Shown here piece by piece: positions 17,382 to 28,317 of a stretch of 54,294 nt of DNA; positions within the stretch are counted from its first letter, which is position 1, and the number at the start of each line of letters is the position of its first letter. The stretch is taken from sequence record SRR2962707_1437, one strand, 5' to 3'. The translations under genes were made by a program, and so were the position numbers. The notes beneath the pieces are model-generated. The model saw only the letters and a program-made list of their open reading frames with translations. It was not told where the DNA came from and did no database searches.

Positions 17382-18458
17382 GTGTCGGGAAAAGCTCTGG
17401 TCACTTCCGTCGTATGTCTGGGTCTCGCAGGTTGTGTGACCGACAAGATTTCCATGTCGTCGGAAGTAGGTGGCGCCGGCAATAGTAGCATCGTATCCGC
17501 CCGGGCGAACAATTCCGGCGGCAGCGGGTTCGGTGGTGAGGAAGGCAGTTCCGGCCTTGGCGTCACGGGCAGCGGCGGTGTTCTGGACAATGTTGTAGGT
17601 ACTGACTCGATCGGCGGCTTCGTCGAAGAGGCGCTCGGTGCGGGAAATCCGGTCAGCGCCATTCTGGGGGCCGGGTCGGGCGGCTTGCTCCCGTCTGCGG
17701 CGGCTGCGCTTGCAGGCGACCCGAACGCGGAAGTCACCGGCCTAGGTATTCTCGGAAGCGGCGGCCTCGTTGCCGACCTCGCGGGCACCGATCTTGTTGG
17801 CGGCTCTTTCGACACAAGCAGCGTTCTCGGCGCGAGCATTGCCGGCGGCAATGACGGGCTTCTCGGCTCGCTCCTGAACGGCCAGCTCTCGAACCCCCCG
17901 CTTGCTCCCGTCGCCGGTCCGGTCGCCACGGCGCTTCCATCTGGCGTCCTTGGCGATGCGCTGTCGCAGGTGCCCGCCCTCGGCGTTACCGGCGAAGGCG
18001 GCCTCGTCGCCGACCTGATCGGTGTGGATCTCATCGGCAACCTGGCCGGTCAGAACACGCCGCTTGGCGGTGGCAATTCCGGCCAGCTCGGCGCGCTCGT
18101 GCCGACAGATGAGGCGCCGCTCGGTTATGCCGGTGAAACCTCGACCGGCCTCCTCAACATTGTATCGGGATCGCAAGCTGCGCCCGTCGGCGGCGCGAGC
18201 CTGCTGGCTCCGGCCGTCCCCGTGCTCGAAAATATTCTCGGCAGCGGCGCAAGCGTCATCGGCGGTGTCGCGGGGCCCGTCACAGGCGCCCTCGGCTCCG
18301 CGCCGGTGATCGGTGGCGTCGTCGGAGGCTCTTCCGCAACGCCCGCCGCCTCATCCGGCGGAAGCGCTCCGGCGGCGCCTGCCGGCGGTGTGCTTGCACC
18401 CGTCACCGGAACGCTCGGCAATGTACCGATTGTCGGAGGGCTCCTCGGCGGACGCTGA
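17382..18458 (+). CDS. Gly/Leu-rich repeat lipoprotein (paralog 1)
   Basis: GTG start after GGAGGA, lipobox LAG-C, three LGxxGxGG(V/L)xxx(L/V)xGxD repeats. Confidence 0.75.
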   Translation: MSGKALVTSVVCLGLAGCVTDKISMSSEVGGAGNSSIVSARANNSGGSGFGGEEGSSGLGVTGSGGVLDNVVGTDSIGGFVEEALGAGNPVSAILGAGSGGLLPSAAAALAGDPNAEVTGLGILGSGGLVADLAGTDLVGGSFDTSSVLGASIAGGNDGLLGSLLNGQLSNPPLAPVAGPVATALPSGVLGDALSQVPALGVTGEGGLVADLIGVDLIGNLAGQNTPLGGGNSGQLGALVPTDEAPLGYAGETSTGLLNIVSGSQAAPVGGASLLAPAVPVLENILGSGASVIGGVAGPVTGALGSAPVIGGVVGGSSATPAASSGGSAPAAPAGGVLAPVTGTLGNVPIVGGLLGGR

Positions 18459-18513
18459 GTTCCGCACTGCACCAACCCCCCGGGGGCTACTATCTTGGTG
18501 GCGCCTCAAGCGG

Positions 18514-18545
18514 AAAGGCCCGGCAGGTTTGCCGGGCCTTTCTTG
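18514..18545. terminator. Bidirectional terminator
   Basis: AAAGGCCCGGCA-ggtt-TGCCGGGCCTTT between convergent genes. Confidence 0.8.
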
Positions 18546-18580
18546 CGTTTGCCGTGCGGTTGAAAGGGCGGATGCTCGCC

Positions 18581-20257
18581 TCAGAACCGGACCTCGAACG
18601 AAAGGAACAGACGCGGGTCCTTGTCGCCCTGCGAGATCGGTACGCGGTTGATGGGCTTGTCGATTTCGATGCCGACGGAGAGCCAGCGCCTGTTGGAGAG
18701 CGTTACGCCGATACCCGTCGAGAACAGCCGCGCATCGCCCTGCCGGTCGACATCCGTGTTCCAGGCATAAGAGTGATCGAGGAAGGTGTAGGGCGTGATC
18801 GACCAGCCGCCCAGCATTTCCACATCGAACCGGTAGCTTGCCTGGACCGATGCGCCGAGGCCGCTGTCGCCGCTGATTTCCGAGTTGTTGTAGCCGCGGG
18901 CAAAGCGCGCGCCGCCGAACGAAATTTCCTCCGAGCTGTAAAGCGAATCCGGGCTGTACTGGCCTTCCACGCGAAGCCCGAGCAGTAACCGTTCGGTTGC
19001 TGCGTAGTTCAGCGTGGCCCCGCTTTGCACCTTGAAGAAGTTTGGCGTTGCGCCGAGGCGGGAATGTAGCGTGTTGTCGGGTCCGCCATTCCAGATCGAG
19101 AAGCCTTGCGTCACGCGCAGATGCGAGCCGAGCGACGTGCGCTGGCCGATCTGCGTTGCGTAGGTAGCGCCGAAATGCGCGGCCCGGATGGCGTCCTTGC
19201 TGAAGGTGATGCCGTTCAGCTCGTTTTCCGCATCCGTAAAATAAACGCCCGCAAAAGTGGTAAGCGTTTCCTTCGTCGCGCGAATGACGGGATAGCTGAG
19301 CAGAAAGTCCACCTGCGTGCTGGTGCTGACGAGTTCGATCCCCGGCGGCAGGTCCGGCTGTTCCGAGCTCGCATAGGCCACGCCGCCCGATGCGCGCAAA
19401 CCGTCGGTGCCGATAAAGGTCGAGTAGGCGCCGCGGAAATATTGCTGCGTGTCGATCTCCGGCGTTGCCAGCGCGGTGACCGAGAACTGATCGCCATAGC
19501 CGAAGATGTTGTTGATGTAGCCCGTGAGATAGGCCTGAAACGGCGAGTCGTCGAGATTGGCGCGGTTGTCGACGGCCGTCGACGCCGTGAACTTGTCGCT
19601 CTCGACGGTGAGCGCGAGCGTCGCCGCGCCCGAATAGACATCCATCGATTGCAACTGGCCGCCAAGCGTCACGCCCGGAATATCGCTGATGAGAAGCAGG
19701 TAGCGCTCCAGCGTTTCCTTGCGGAGCGGCATTTCGGCGACGATGCGCCGGCTGAAACCTTCGACCATGCGGCGCACCGCCGGATCGGCGGCCGTAATCT
19801 GAATTTCGCCGACATAGCCTTCCACGACGCGGATGATCAGCGTGCCACCCTGGATGACCTGGACCGGGATATAGGCACGGCCAAGCGCGTAGCCCGCGTC
19901 TTCGTAGAGCTTGTTCGCCCGGTCGAGCGCCGCGCGAAGTTCTCCGGCCGTGATCTGCCGGTTCAGGAGCCCCTCGAACTGCGCCGCAAGTTGCGCCTCG
20001 TCGATGACGGTCGCGCCGACGACCCGCACTTGGGAAACCTTGAAATTCAGCACCTTCTCCGACCCGTCGGGCAGGCCGAGATCTTCCTTCAGTTCCGGCG
20101 TTTCGCGTCTTTCGAGGTCGGGGGCGGGCGGCGGCGGCGACAGCACCGTGCCCGGCGCCGGGGCGTTGAGCGGGCTCGCGCTCTGGGCAAGGGCAGGATG
20201 ACTGATCAGCGCCAGAGCGGACGCCGCCAGAAGAAGTTTGCTTGTATACCGGAACAT
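18581..20257 (-). CDS. ShlB/FhaC/HecB (TpsB, Omp85 family) transporter
   Basis: Signal peptide, POTRA (Y.DAGY...AYIP.Q.I..G.L.IRVVEG), LERYLLLISDIPG, GGARFARGY loop-6 motif, C-terminal F. Confidence 0.92.
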   Translation of the reverse strand: MFRYTSKLLLAASALALISHPALAQSASPLNAPAPGTVLSPPPPAPDLERRETPELKEDLGLPDGSEKVLNFKVSQVRVVGATVIDEAQLAAQFEGLLNRQITAGELRAALDRANKLYEDAGYALGRAYIPVQVIQGGTLIIRVVEGYVGEIQITAADPAVRRMVEGFSRRIVAEMPLRKETLERYLLLISDIPGVTLGGQLQSMDVYSGAATLALTVESDKFTASTAVDNRANLDDSPFQAYLTGYINNIFGYGDQFSVTALATPEIDTQQYFRGAYSTFIGTDGLRASGGVAYASSEQPDLPPGIELVSTSTQVDFLLSYPVIRATKETLTTFAGVYFTDAENELNGITFSKDAIRAAHFGATYATQIGQRTSLGSHLRVTQGFSIWNGGPDNTLHSRLGATPNFFKVQSGATLNYAATERLLLGLRVEGQYSPDSLYSSEEISFGGARFARGYNNSEISGDSGLGASVQASYRFDVEMLGGWSITPYTFLDHSYAWNTDVDRQGDARLFSTGIGVTLSNRRWLSVGIEIDKPINRVPISQGDKDPRLFLSFEVRF

Positions 20258-20917
20258 ATTCTCTCCCTCACTCCAGAATTCCCTGAAGCCGATGGTACAA
20301 AGCGGGGAGGATCAATAAAGAAGAGTACTGTATTTAATTTGAGTAACACGGAACTCTCCGTAACCTCTTGTCGATCTGTGTAATGCTGTTTCGACTTGCG
20401 TTTGATTCAGCCCACGACATTTTAGTTCGTTATCTCGCACACACGACGGCCCTTATTCCCTAGGTTTCTCCTCCGGGATTGGGAAAATATTTGCCTCGAT
20501 GGAACCGAATCCCGTGTGAGTCTGTTTAAGGACTTGCGGAGTAACGGGTGGAGTAGAGCAGGTTGCGTGGAATGGATGGGCAAATGCGCCAAAGTGCCCT
20601 CGTCATTGGGGCATTGGTCGCAAATGCTGAAAAACCATCCATCTTCGTTCGGAATACGTCAGCCCTTCTGAAATATTCGACTTGTAAATGAGGAGTGTGG
20701 AGTGGAGCTTCGTACAATCAAGGGGGAGTTTTCGAAATAAAATATGTATTTTCATCGATAACTTCAAATCCAGTGGGCAATGTTAGTGCTTTATTGACCG
20801 AAATGATTCGTAAATTGGATGCACGGGCGACGGGAGGATTTGAGGGTGATTCTTGAATAGTCGCGGGACACGAGGGCGGAAGGGCCCGGCATTGCGCCCG
20901 GGGGGAGGGAGATAAGG

Positions 20918-21814
20918 ATGAGCTTCGCGCAACAGATCCAGCGCAACCCGATATTGCTGCTTGGCATAGGAATCGTTCTGATCGTTGCCGCTGTCGCGTT
21001 GATATGGCTCAACCTCTCTGCGCGCGACGCCGCCCCGGTTCAGACCGCGGAGCCTCGCAGCAGCAACGGGCTGAACGAGGAAACGGCCGTCGGCGTCCTC
21101 GTTGCCGCCCGGAATATTCAGCGCGGTCAGGCCCTTTCATCGGCGGACATTGTGCATCGCCGGATGGCTGGCCCCGCGCCCGCCGGCAGCTTCTCCGAGA
21201 CCGCCCCCGTGATCGGTCGCGTCGCGACCGTCGATATCCGTGCATCCCAGATCGTTTTCCAGGACAGCTTGAGCGCTGATCCGGCGGCCGCAGGTATTGC
21301 CGCGCTCGTTCCCGATGGACAGCGCGCTTTCGCCATCCGCGTTGCCGAGGAAGATATTGTCGGCGGCTTCCTTCAGGCCGGGGACCGTGTGGATGTCTTT
21401 GTGACATTGCCGGGTTCGGTTTACGTGCAGCAGGGCGGCATCGGCCAGCGGCAAGGCGATCTGAGCAAGAGCACGCTTCTCCTGCAGGACATGCAGGTGC
21501 TGGCGGTGGGGCCCGAGCTCTCTTCGGCAGGCACGGAAGTTCAAAGCGGTGCGCGCACCGTTTCCGTCGCAGCGCCGCCGGAGGCGCTGGCGCGGCTCGC
21601 GCTCGCCGGACGTCTCGGCCACATCACCCTCGCCATCCGAAACCCGTCCGACAGGAAAACATCGCAGCCTGAAGTCGTGGCGCTGGAGGATCTCCGGCCC
21701 GACACGTCTTCGGTTGCTGCCTCGGAGGAAAAGAAGGTCGAGACCGCTCCTCAGGGGCATCGCATAACGGTTTATTCGGGCGCCAGCCAGACCACTGTAA
21801 CGGCGCCGCGCTGA
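20918..21814 (+). CDS. cpaB: Flp pilus assembly protein CpaB/RcpC
   Basis: SAF domain VLVAARNI.RG, G.RAFAIRV...VGGFLQAGDRVDV. Confidence 0.92.
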   Translation: MSFAQQIQRNPILLLGIGIVLIVAAVALIWLNLSARDAAPVQTAEPRSSNGLNEETAVGVLVAARNIQRGQALSSADIVHRRMAGPAPAGSFSETAPVIGRVATVDIRASQIVFQDSLSADPAAAGIAALVPDGQRAFAIRVAEEDIVGGFLQAGDRVDVFVTLPGSVYVQQGGIGQRQGDLSKSTLLLQDMQVLAVGPELSSAGTEVQSGARTVSVAAPPEALARLALAGRLGHITLAIRNPSDRKTSQPEVVALEDLRPDTSSVAASEEKKVETAPQGHRITVYSGASQTTVTAPR

Positions 21815-21829
21815 GCGCATCGGGGGGGG

Positions 21830-23266
21830 GTGATGCACGAGCAGGTAAGACAAGCAACGTGGCGGAAACTGCGGAAGCGACGGCTGGCGGAAAGCGTGCC
21901 GGTCATTGCGCTGGTTCTCGCGTTTCTGGCCGCTTTCTTTTCGCTGGAAACCGGCGCGCTTGCGGCGAGCCGCAATCTCGACGTCCCCGTCGGCGGACAG
22001 CGCATCCTGAAGCTGGGCCAGACGATCGATCGCATCGCCATCGCGGACCCCTCCGTCATCGACGTGAAGGTCATCTCCTCCCGCGAACTGCGTATTCTCG
22101 GTCAGCGGGACGGCACGACCGATCTCACCATCTGGTTCACCGGTGATAGTTCGCTTTCCTATCATGTCGTTGTCGGCGCCGATCTGACCGGCTTGCGCGA
22201 CGAACTCGCGCGCGACCCCACGCTCTCGAATGTGAAGGCCGTCGAAACCGGCAGGGGCGTCGTGCTGAAGGGGCAGGTCTACAGCCTCGAAGATCGTCAG
22301 CGCGCAACGGAACTGGCCGGATCTTATCTTGGCGAGAACGTGAGCGACATGATGACCGTTGCCGATCGCCGCATGGTTGCCGTGGAGGTCCGCTTTGCAG
22401 CCGTCTCCACCAGCACGTTGAAGGCGCTCGGCCTGAACTTCCAGAGCCTCGACAACAACATCCAGATCGCGGCGATCGGTCCGAACGCCGGCACCGGCTT
22501 CGGTTACGACGCAGGCAACTTCGGGACGACAAATCCGGGCGGCGCCTATACCGGCCTCGAGCCCAACACGGACCTGCCGGTCGGACAGGCCTTCAATCTT
22601 CTCATGGCCTGGCCGGGCAGCAACATTCTCGGCGTGATCAGCGCCCTCAGCAACGCGAACCTCGCGCAGCTGCTCGCGGAGCCGACACTGCTTGTGAGAA
22701 GCGGCGAAGACGCGGAATTTCTGGCGGGTGGCGAAATTCCCGTGCCCGTTCCCCAATCGGGCGCCGGCAACGGCACGGTAACAATCGAATACAAGAAGTT
22801 CGGTGTGCAGCTCGCCGTAGCCGCGACCGTTCTCGACAACGACCGGATCGTTCTGAAGGTGAACCCGGAAGTCAGCGAGCTCGACTACGCCAATGCGCTG
22901 GTCGTGCAGGGCTTCCGCATACCCGCCCTGCGCACGCGCTCCACGCGCACGACCATCGAACTCGGCGACGGGCAGAGCTTCGTGCTTGCGGGGCTGATGT
23001 ACAGCTCCTCGGGCAACGTCGAGGATCGCGTGCCCGGCATCGGCGACCTGCCGGTCATCGGTTCGTTCTTCAAGCGCACCCAGAACGCGCGCGAGAGGCA
23101 GGAACTCATCATCGTGGCAACGCCGCGCCTCGTCTCGCCGATGGAAGCGGGTGACGTGCCCAAGCTGCCCGGCGAAGGGCAACTCTACGACCCGGACCTG
23201 GGTCAGGTGCTCCTCAATGCAGAAACGCTTGAGGACCATGTCGTCAAACACGGCTTGATGAGGTAA
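21830..23266 (+). CDS. cpaC: Tad secretin CpaC/RcpA
   Basis: IAIADP, LAEPTL...SGE.A.FLAGGEIPVP, T.IEL.DGQSF.LAGL, PG.GDLPVIG.FF. Confidence 0.95.
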   Translation: MMHEQVRQATWRKLRKRRLAESVPVIALVLAFLAAFFSLETGALAASRNLDVPVGGQRILKLGQTIDRIAIADPSVIDVKVISSRELRILGQRDGTTDLTIWFTGDSSLSYHVVVGADLTGLRDELARDPTLSNVKAVETGRGVVLKGQVYSLEDRQRATELAGSYLGENVSDMMTVADRRMVAVEVRFAAVSTSTLKALGLNFQSLDNNIQIAAIGPNAGTGFGYDAGNFGTTNPGGAYTGLEPNTDLPVGQAFNLLMAWPGSNILGVISALSNANLAQLLAEPTLLVRSGEDAEFLAGGEIPVPVPQSGAGNGTVTIEYKKFGVQLAVAATVLDNDRIVLKVNPEVSELDYANALVVQGFRIPALRTRSTRTTIELGDGQSFVLAGLMYSSSGNVEDRVPGIGDLPVIGSFFKRTQNARERQELIIVATPRLVSPMEAGDVPKLPGEGQLYDPDLGQVLLNAETLEDHVVKHGLMR

Positions 23267-23271
23267 GCGCG

Positions 23272-24468
23272 ATGCACCGTGTTCTCCTCATATCCGGCGA
23301 CAAGGACCTGATCGCTCATATCAAGCAATCGCTTGAGACAGTGGCGACGGTGATGTCCGTCGACCCTGCGGTCGACAACATGGTCGAGGTCGCGGAACAG
23401 TTCCAGCCGGGCGGCATTCTCGTCGACAGTGACGTTCGTCTCGGCGCACGAACGGCCTTCGAGCGGCTTTCTTCGATGCGCGAATGGTTCGCCGATCTGC
23501 CGATGATCGTGATCGGAAATGAAGCAGGCGCGCAACTCATCCTGACCGCGATGCGCGCGGGCGCGCAGGACTTCATCGACAGGGACGCTGCCGCAGACGA
23601 CATAAGGACAATCGTCTCGCGTCACCTCTCGGCCGAGCGCGCGCGTGCCGCCTCTTCCTCGCATCTCCTGACCGTGTTGAGCGTCGGTGCGGGAGAGGAG
23701 GATGGCGACTTTGCGCTCAATATGGCGGTCTCGATAGCATCCGCCCGGCCGCGCGACGGCGTGCTCTTCGTCGATCTTGGCCTGCCTGCAAGCAATACGT
23801 CGATTTCTCTCGGCCTCGACCTTGTCTTCCGCATCAAGGAAGCGGTGAAGGAAATGTCGCGGCTCGACAGGGCGCTTCTCGATTCCGCGCTCGCCCGTTG
23901 TCCGCGCTCCGGTCTCTACGTTCTGCCTCTCGCCTTGCATGGCGACACGGATACCTGGTCGGTGAATGTCCACGACCTCCGGGCGCTGCTCGAAATCTGC
24001 CAGTCGCTCTACGATGTCGTGATTGTTTCCTGCGGACCGTTCTCGCGTCAGGAAGAGCTTCTCAATCTGCCGTCCGACGGAGCCGTGTTTTTTCTTCCCT
24101 GCAACCAGCGCTTCACGTCGATCAAGGGCGCGGCTGAAATGATCCGCTTTGTGCGGCAGGTGCGCTCCAACAGGGAAGAGCCGGTCCTCGTCGTACACGA
24201 GTTTGCGCCCGGCATGGCACCAAGCGCGGCGGGCATCAGAAGCGCCGTTGGCGCTGTCCGCGCACTCGAACTTCCGGTACGCTGGCGCGAACTTGCCGAA
24301 AGCGTCAATCGTGGCGAGCCGCTCGCACTGGTCCCGTCCTCGCCTTACGCGCAACAGATGACGCGGCACCTGCAGGCCCTCAATCTTCTGCCCTACCGGG
24401 ATGAAGAGGAAGCCTCGGTCCAGCCCTTGAAGGTATGGGCGCGCAAATTTCTCGGGGTGCTGCCATGA
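23272..24468 (+). CDS. cpaE: CpaE/TadZ (receiver-like plus MinD-like)
   Basis: AMRAGAQDF, ALNMA, LFVDL, N.GEP; position between secretin and ATPase. Confidence 0.85.
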   Translation: MHRVLLISGDKDLIAHIKQSLETVATVMSVDPAVDNMVEVAEQFQPGGILVDSDVRLGARTAFERLSSMREWFADLPMIVIGNEAGAQLILTAMRAGAQDFIDRDAAADDIRTIVSRHLSAERARAASSSHLLTVLSVGAGEEDGDFALNMAVSIASARPRDGVLFVDLGLPASNTSISLGLDLVFRIKEAVKEMSRLDRALLDSALARCPRSGLYVLPLALHGDTDTWSVNVHDLRALLEICQSLYDVVIVSCGPFSRQEELLNLPSDGAVFFLPCNQRFTSIKGAAEMIRFVRQVRSNREEPVLVVHEFAPGMAPSAAGIRSAVGAVRALELPVRWRELAESVNRGEPLALVPSSPYAQQMTRHLQALNLLPYRDEEEASVQPLKVWARKFLGVLP

Positions 24469-25691
24469 AGTCCATGCAGCCCTACATGCTTGACGAGAAG
24501 GCGCCGGTTACGGACATCGGCGTGTCCGACAGCTATCAGGAAATCAAGTTTCGCGTTTTCGATCTGACGCTCGAATATCTCGATCAACAGGGCGTCGAAG
24601 GCGAAGCGATCCCCGTCGCCGCATTGCAGGATGAAATCGCAAGGGCGATAGCCGTCGTTCTGATGTCGCGCGGCATTGCACTCAACATGCGCGAGCGCGC
24701 GCAGTTGATCGAGGATGTGCAGAACGAGATTATCGGCTTCGGTCCGCTCGAGCCATTGCTCAGGGACCCCTCCGTCGATGACGTGATCGTCAACGGTCCC
24801 GCCAATATTTTCGTCGAACGGCACGGCGAACTGGAGCCGGTGCAGACGCGGTTCCGCGATGCGACTCATCTGATGAACATCATCCAGCGCATCGTCAGTC
24901 CGATCGGCCGCCGCGTCGACGAAGGCACGCCCTATGTCGATGGGCGGCTTCCCGACGGTTCCCGTGTCAACGTCATCATTCCGCCGGTGGCGCTCGACGG
25001 CCCCATTTTGTCGATCCGCAAGTTCAAGCACATTCCGCTGACGGGCGAAGACCTCGTGCGCAACGACACGATGACGCAGGAAGTGCTGAAATACATCTCG
25101 GGCGCCGTTCGCGGAAAACAGAACATTCTGATTTGCGGCGGCACCGGCTCGGGCAAGACCACGCTGCTGAATGTCTTGAGTTCCTACATCGGCGCGAAGG
25201 AACGGCTTGTTACGATCGAGGATGCCGCCGAACTGCAGCTCCAGCAATCTCACGTTGTCCGCCTCGAAACCCGGCCCGCCTCACCCGACGGCGCAACGGA
25301 CGTAACCGCGCGCGATCTCCTGCGAAACGCGCTGCGCATGCGTCCTGACAGGATCATCCTGGGCGAGGTGCGTTCCAGCGAAGCGATCGAGATGTTGCAG
25401 GCGATGGGCACGGGTCATGACGGCTCGATGGCGACGCTGCATGCGAATGCGCCGCGCGACGCGCTGGAGCGTCTTGAAATGCTGATTGGACTTCATGGCT
25501 TTTCAGCCGACCTTCAGGCCGTGCGCAGGTTCATCGCCGGCGCGGTGGATGTCGTCATCCACACGGCGCGCCAGTCGGACGGCAAACGAAAGATCGTTTC
25601 GGTTTGCGAAGTGGCGGGCATGGAAGGCCCGACCTATTCGTTGCGGGAAGTATTCTCCGGCGGCCAGTCGGAAAAGAAGCGTGTTGTATAG
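24465..25691 (+). CDS. cpaF: Tad ATPase CpaF/TadA
   Basis: [51 protein letters not shown]. Confidence 0.96.
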   Translation: MKSMQPYMLDEKAPVTDIGVSDSYQEIKFRVFDLTLEYLDQQGVEGEAIPVAALQDEIARAIAVVLMSRGIALNMRERAQLIEDVQNEIIGFGPLEPLLRDPSVDDVIVNGPANIFVERHGELEPVQTRFRDATHLMNIIQRIVSPIGRRVDEGTPYVDGRLPDGSRVNVIIPPVALDGPILSIRKFKHIPLTGEDLVRNDTMTQEVLKYISGAVRGKQNILICGGTGSGKTTLLNVLSSYIGAKERLVTIEDAAELQLQQSHVVRLETRPASPDGATDVTARDLLRNALRMRPDRIILGEVRSSEAIEMLQAMGTGHDGSMATLHANAPRDALERLEMLIGLHGFSADLQAVRRFIAGAVDVVIHTARQSDGKRKIVSVCEVAGMEGPTYSLREVFSGGQSEKKRVV

Positions 25692-25706
25692 AGGCGGGAT
25701 GCCGCA

Positions 25707-26636
25707 ATGATGCAGGTGTTGATCGCAATTCTGGCTGTTCTGTGCCTGGCGGCGGGGGGCTATGCGCTTCTTCTGCTTGTGCGCCTGCGCCGTGATCGCG
25801 AAGTCGACGCGCGGCTCGACCGCCTGATCCTGCAGTCTCCGTCGGCAACCGAAACGGAAGCCGCGTTCAGCGCCTGGCCGGATTCGACGCGTCTTCTCCC
25901 GGTTTTCGCGCAGAACCGGCTCTATCAGGCAGGCATCGAAATCTCGGCCGACAGGCTGACGGCTCTTCTGATTCTCGGCCTCTGCTTCTGGATTGCCTTG
26001 TCGATCCTGTTCGGCTTTATCGGCGCGACGGTGGTTATGCTCAGCGTCGTCTTTGCCGTCGCCGCGGTCGTCGACTACCGGGCACGCAAGCGAATGAACG
26101 CGTTGTCCGATGCGATGCTCGGATATTTCGATCGCATACGTCAGCTCCTCGTCGTCGGCAACAGTCTGTCGGTTGCGCTCGCACGCGCAACGCAGTCCTC
26201 ACCGCCCATTGTCGCCGAGTTCTTTCAGCCAACCGTCCGCCGCATAGCGAACGGTGCGGGCGTTGCCGAAAGCGTCAATCAGCTTGCGAACGAACTCAAT
26301 CTTTACGAATTGCGCCTGTTCGGCTCTGCCATTGAGACAAACCTTCGCTTCGGCGGGTCGCTGACGGCAATCCTCTCAAGTCTGATTGAAAACATTCGCC
26401 GCCGTGCCGCCGTCATGCGCGAAGTGCGTGTCAGCACGTCCCAGATTCGCGCAAGCGCCTGGGTGCTGGGTATTCTGCCCATGTTCGTCGCCTCGGCGGT
26501 GATGGTGCAGAGCCCTGACTACATGCGCTGGTTCATTGACGAGCCGGTAGGACGGCAACTTCTGGTCTACTGCGCGATATCGCAGGTTCTTGGTGCCTTC
26601 ATGATGCGAAGCGTGGTGCGCACGGCGTCGTACTAG
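25707..26636 (+). CDS. tadB: TadB (T2SSF domain)
   Basis: TM pattern, GNSL..AL, FGGSL..IL; follows tadA. Confidence 0.88.
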   Translation: MMQVLIAILAVLCLAAGGYALLLLVRLRRDREVDARLDRLILQSPSATETEAAFSAWPDSTRLLPVFAQNRLYQAGIEISADRLTALLILGLCFWIALSILFGFIGATVVMLSVVFAVAAVVDYRARKRMNALSDAMLGYFDRIRQLLVVGNSLSVALARATQSSPPIVAEFFQPTVRRIANGAGVAESVNQLANELNLYELRLFGSAIETNLRFGGSLTAILSSLIENIRRRAAVMREVRVSTSQIRASAWVLGILPMFVASAVMVQSPDYMRWFIDEPVGRQLLVYCAISQVLGAFMMRSVVRTASY

Positions 26637-26659
26637 TGGTGAGTGGAGAAAACGCGAGC

Positions 26660-27604
26660 ATGCTCGACGGGTTGACATGGATGATAGCGGTGGCCGCGCT
26701 TGCGGCCGGCAGCGCTGTGTTCGTCTCGTCCTTCTCGCTCATTGCGAGACGGCATGAGATGACTGTGCGTCTGTCGCAATTGTTCACGCCCGAGCGCGAG
26801 CCGGGAACTCTTGCTGCAATGATGCTTCGCTTCCTGGAGCAGGCGGGACGGCGCATCGAGGGAGCGAGGGTCAACAAGGAGTTGCGGGCGCTTGTTCTGC
26901 GGGCCGGCTTCTTTCAGGCATCGGCAATCTATGTTTTCGTTGCCTTGCGCTATCTCGTCGCGCTTGCCGTCGCCTTGCTCATTCTGATTTTCCGCTATGG
27001 CGCGGACGGAATCACGCCGGTCGATCTCTTCCTAGCTTTGTTCTTCGGCTACCTCTTCTACCGCTATGCGCTGATCGGGTTGAAGGTTTACGCGGACCGG
27101 CGCGCGAACATCATCCGCCGGGAGCTTCCTCCCGTTCTCGACATCATGCTGATGGCGCTCGATGCGGGCGTCAGCATCGACCAGTGCATGCGCTATGTCG
27201 CCTCCGTGGTGACGGGGACGGCGCGGGTAACGAGCGAGGTTCTTCGCCGCCACATCGCGGATATAGACGCTGGCATGCCCTACGACGCCGCGCTCGACCG
27301 TCTCGGCCAGCGCCTCGGGCTGGACGAAGGGCAAGACCTCGCGGCGACGATCAAGCAGGCGCTGTTCCAGGGTGGCGAACTCGGCACCACGCTGCGCCGC
27401 TTCTCCATGGACCTCACCGACAAGCGCCTCGCGCTTGCGCGCGAGCAAGTGGGACGCAAGGCGCCTCATCTCACCATGGTGATGATCATCTTCTTCATGC
27501 CCGTTCTTCTCATCATCCTTGCGGGGCCAGCCGTCGTGAACCTCAAGGGCGCTTTGAAAACAGCGGGGCAGGAACTGTCGGGCAAGGGGGACGTCGTCAA
27601 ATGA
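26660..27604 (+). CDS. tadC: TadC (T2SSF domain)
   Basis: LDIM....DAG.S.DQ, Q....GG.L...LR, FFMP.L.IIL.GP; start 26636 or 26660. Confidence 0.88.
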   Translation: MLDGLTWMIAVAALAAGSAVFVSSFSLIARRHEMTVRLSQLFTPEREPGTLAAMMLRFLEQAGRRIEGARVNKELRALVLRAGFFQASAIYVFVALRYLVALAVALLILIFRYGADGITPVDLFLALFFGYLFYRYALIGLKVYADRRANIIRRELPPVLDIMLMALDAGVSIDQCMRYVASVVTGTARVTSEVLRRHIADIDAGMPYDAALDRLGQRLGLDEGQDLAATIKQALFQGGELGTTLRRFSMDLTDKRLALAREQVGRKAPHLTMVMIIFFMPVLLIILAGPAVVNLKGALKTAGQELSGKGDVVK

Positions 27605-28317
27605 AACATGTCATCGTTGTTTCCCTGTGCCTTGCGATCGGCGGTTGTGCCGATTCCGGCTTTGACTTTGATCCCGTTTCCACAGTCATGCCGCGTGCGA
27701 ACGAAGTGAAATCGCTCGATGATGCATCGACCTCGCAACTCTATCTGAGCGTCGTGAACGGCCTCCTCGAACAAGGCCGCCACCGTGCCGCGCTCGCTTA
27801 TCTCGATCAATATGCGGTGCAGGAAAAGAAGACGCCTTACTTCATGGAGCTCTATGGCGAGGCGCTTCTTGGCACCGAACAGTATGACGAGGCGGCCAAA
27901 GCCTTTGCGGAACTCGAGAACACGGGGCTGGAGCCCGAAGGCTTCAGCGGCCTCGGTCGCGTGAGCGCGGCTAAAGGGGACTGGCCGGAAGCCGTCGTTC
28001 ATTTCAAGCAGGCTGTGGCGACGCGCCCCGCGAGTTCCGAATTTCTGAACAATCTTGGCTATGCGCAGCTCTGCGCTGGCGGAGGAGCGATAACGGATGC
28101 GGAGTTCAACCTGCGCCAGGCGCAGGAGCTTGATCCGGCGTCTGTTTCCATCCGCAACAACCTCGTGATCGCCCTGCTGCTCTCGGGAAAGGAGAACGAG
28201 GCGCGCCGCCTTCTCTCCGGCATTCCGACGGCGAGGGAGCGCGCCGAGGTGCAGAAGTTTGCCGCCGAGTGGATGAAGCAGAGGCCCGAGTCCGGCATCG
28301 CGAAGGAGGAGATGTAA
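27601..28317 (+). CDS. tadD: TadD-like TPR lipoprotein
   Basis: Lipobox IGG-C, TPRs (NNLGYA, A.ELDP....RNNL); overlaps tadC stop. Confidence 0.85.
   Translation: MKHVIVVSLCLAIGGCADSGFDFDPVSTVMPRANEVKSLDDASTSQLYLSVVNGLLEQGRHRAALAYLDQYAVQEKKTPYFMELYGEALLGTEQYDEAAKAFAELENTGLEPEGFSGLGRVSAAKGDWPEAVVHFKQAVATRPASSEFLNNLGYAQLCAGGGAITDAEFNLRQAQELDPASVSIRNNLVIALLLSGKENEARRLLSGIPTARERAEVQKFAAEWMKQRPESGIAKEEM

Noticed and set aside
17382-18458. Collagen-like call for the Gly-rich proteins
   Set aside because: No sustained Gly-X-Y periodicity in any of the three paralogs.
21137-23251. 704-aa minus-strand ORF
   Set aside because: Antisense shadow of cpaB/cpaC caused by GC-rich codon bias; no motifs.
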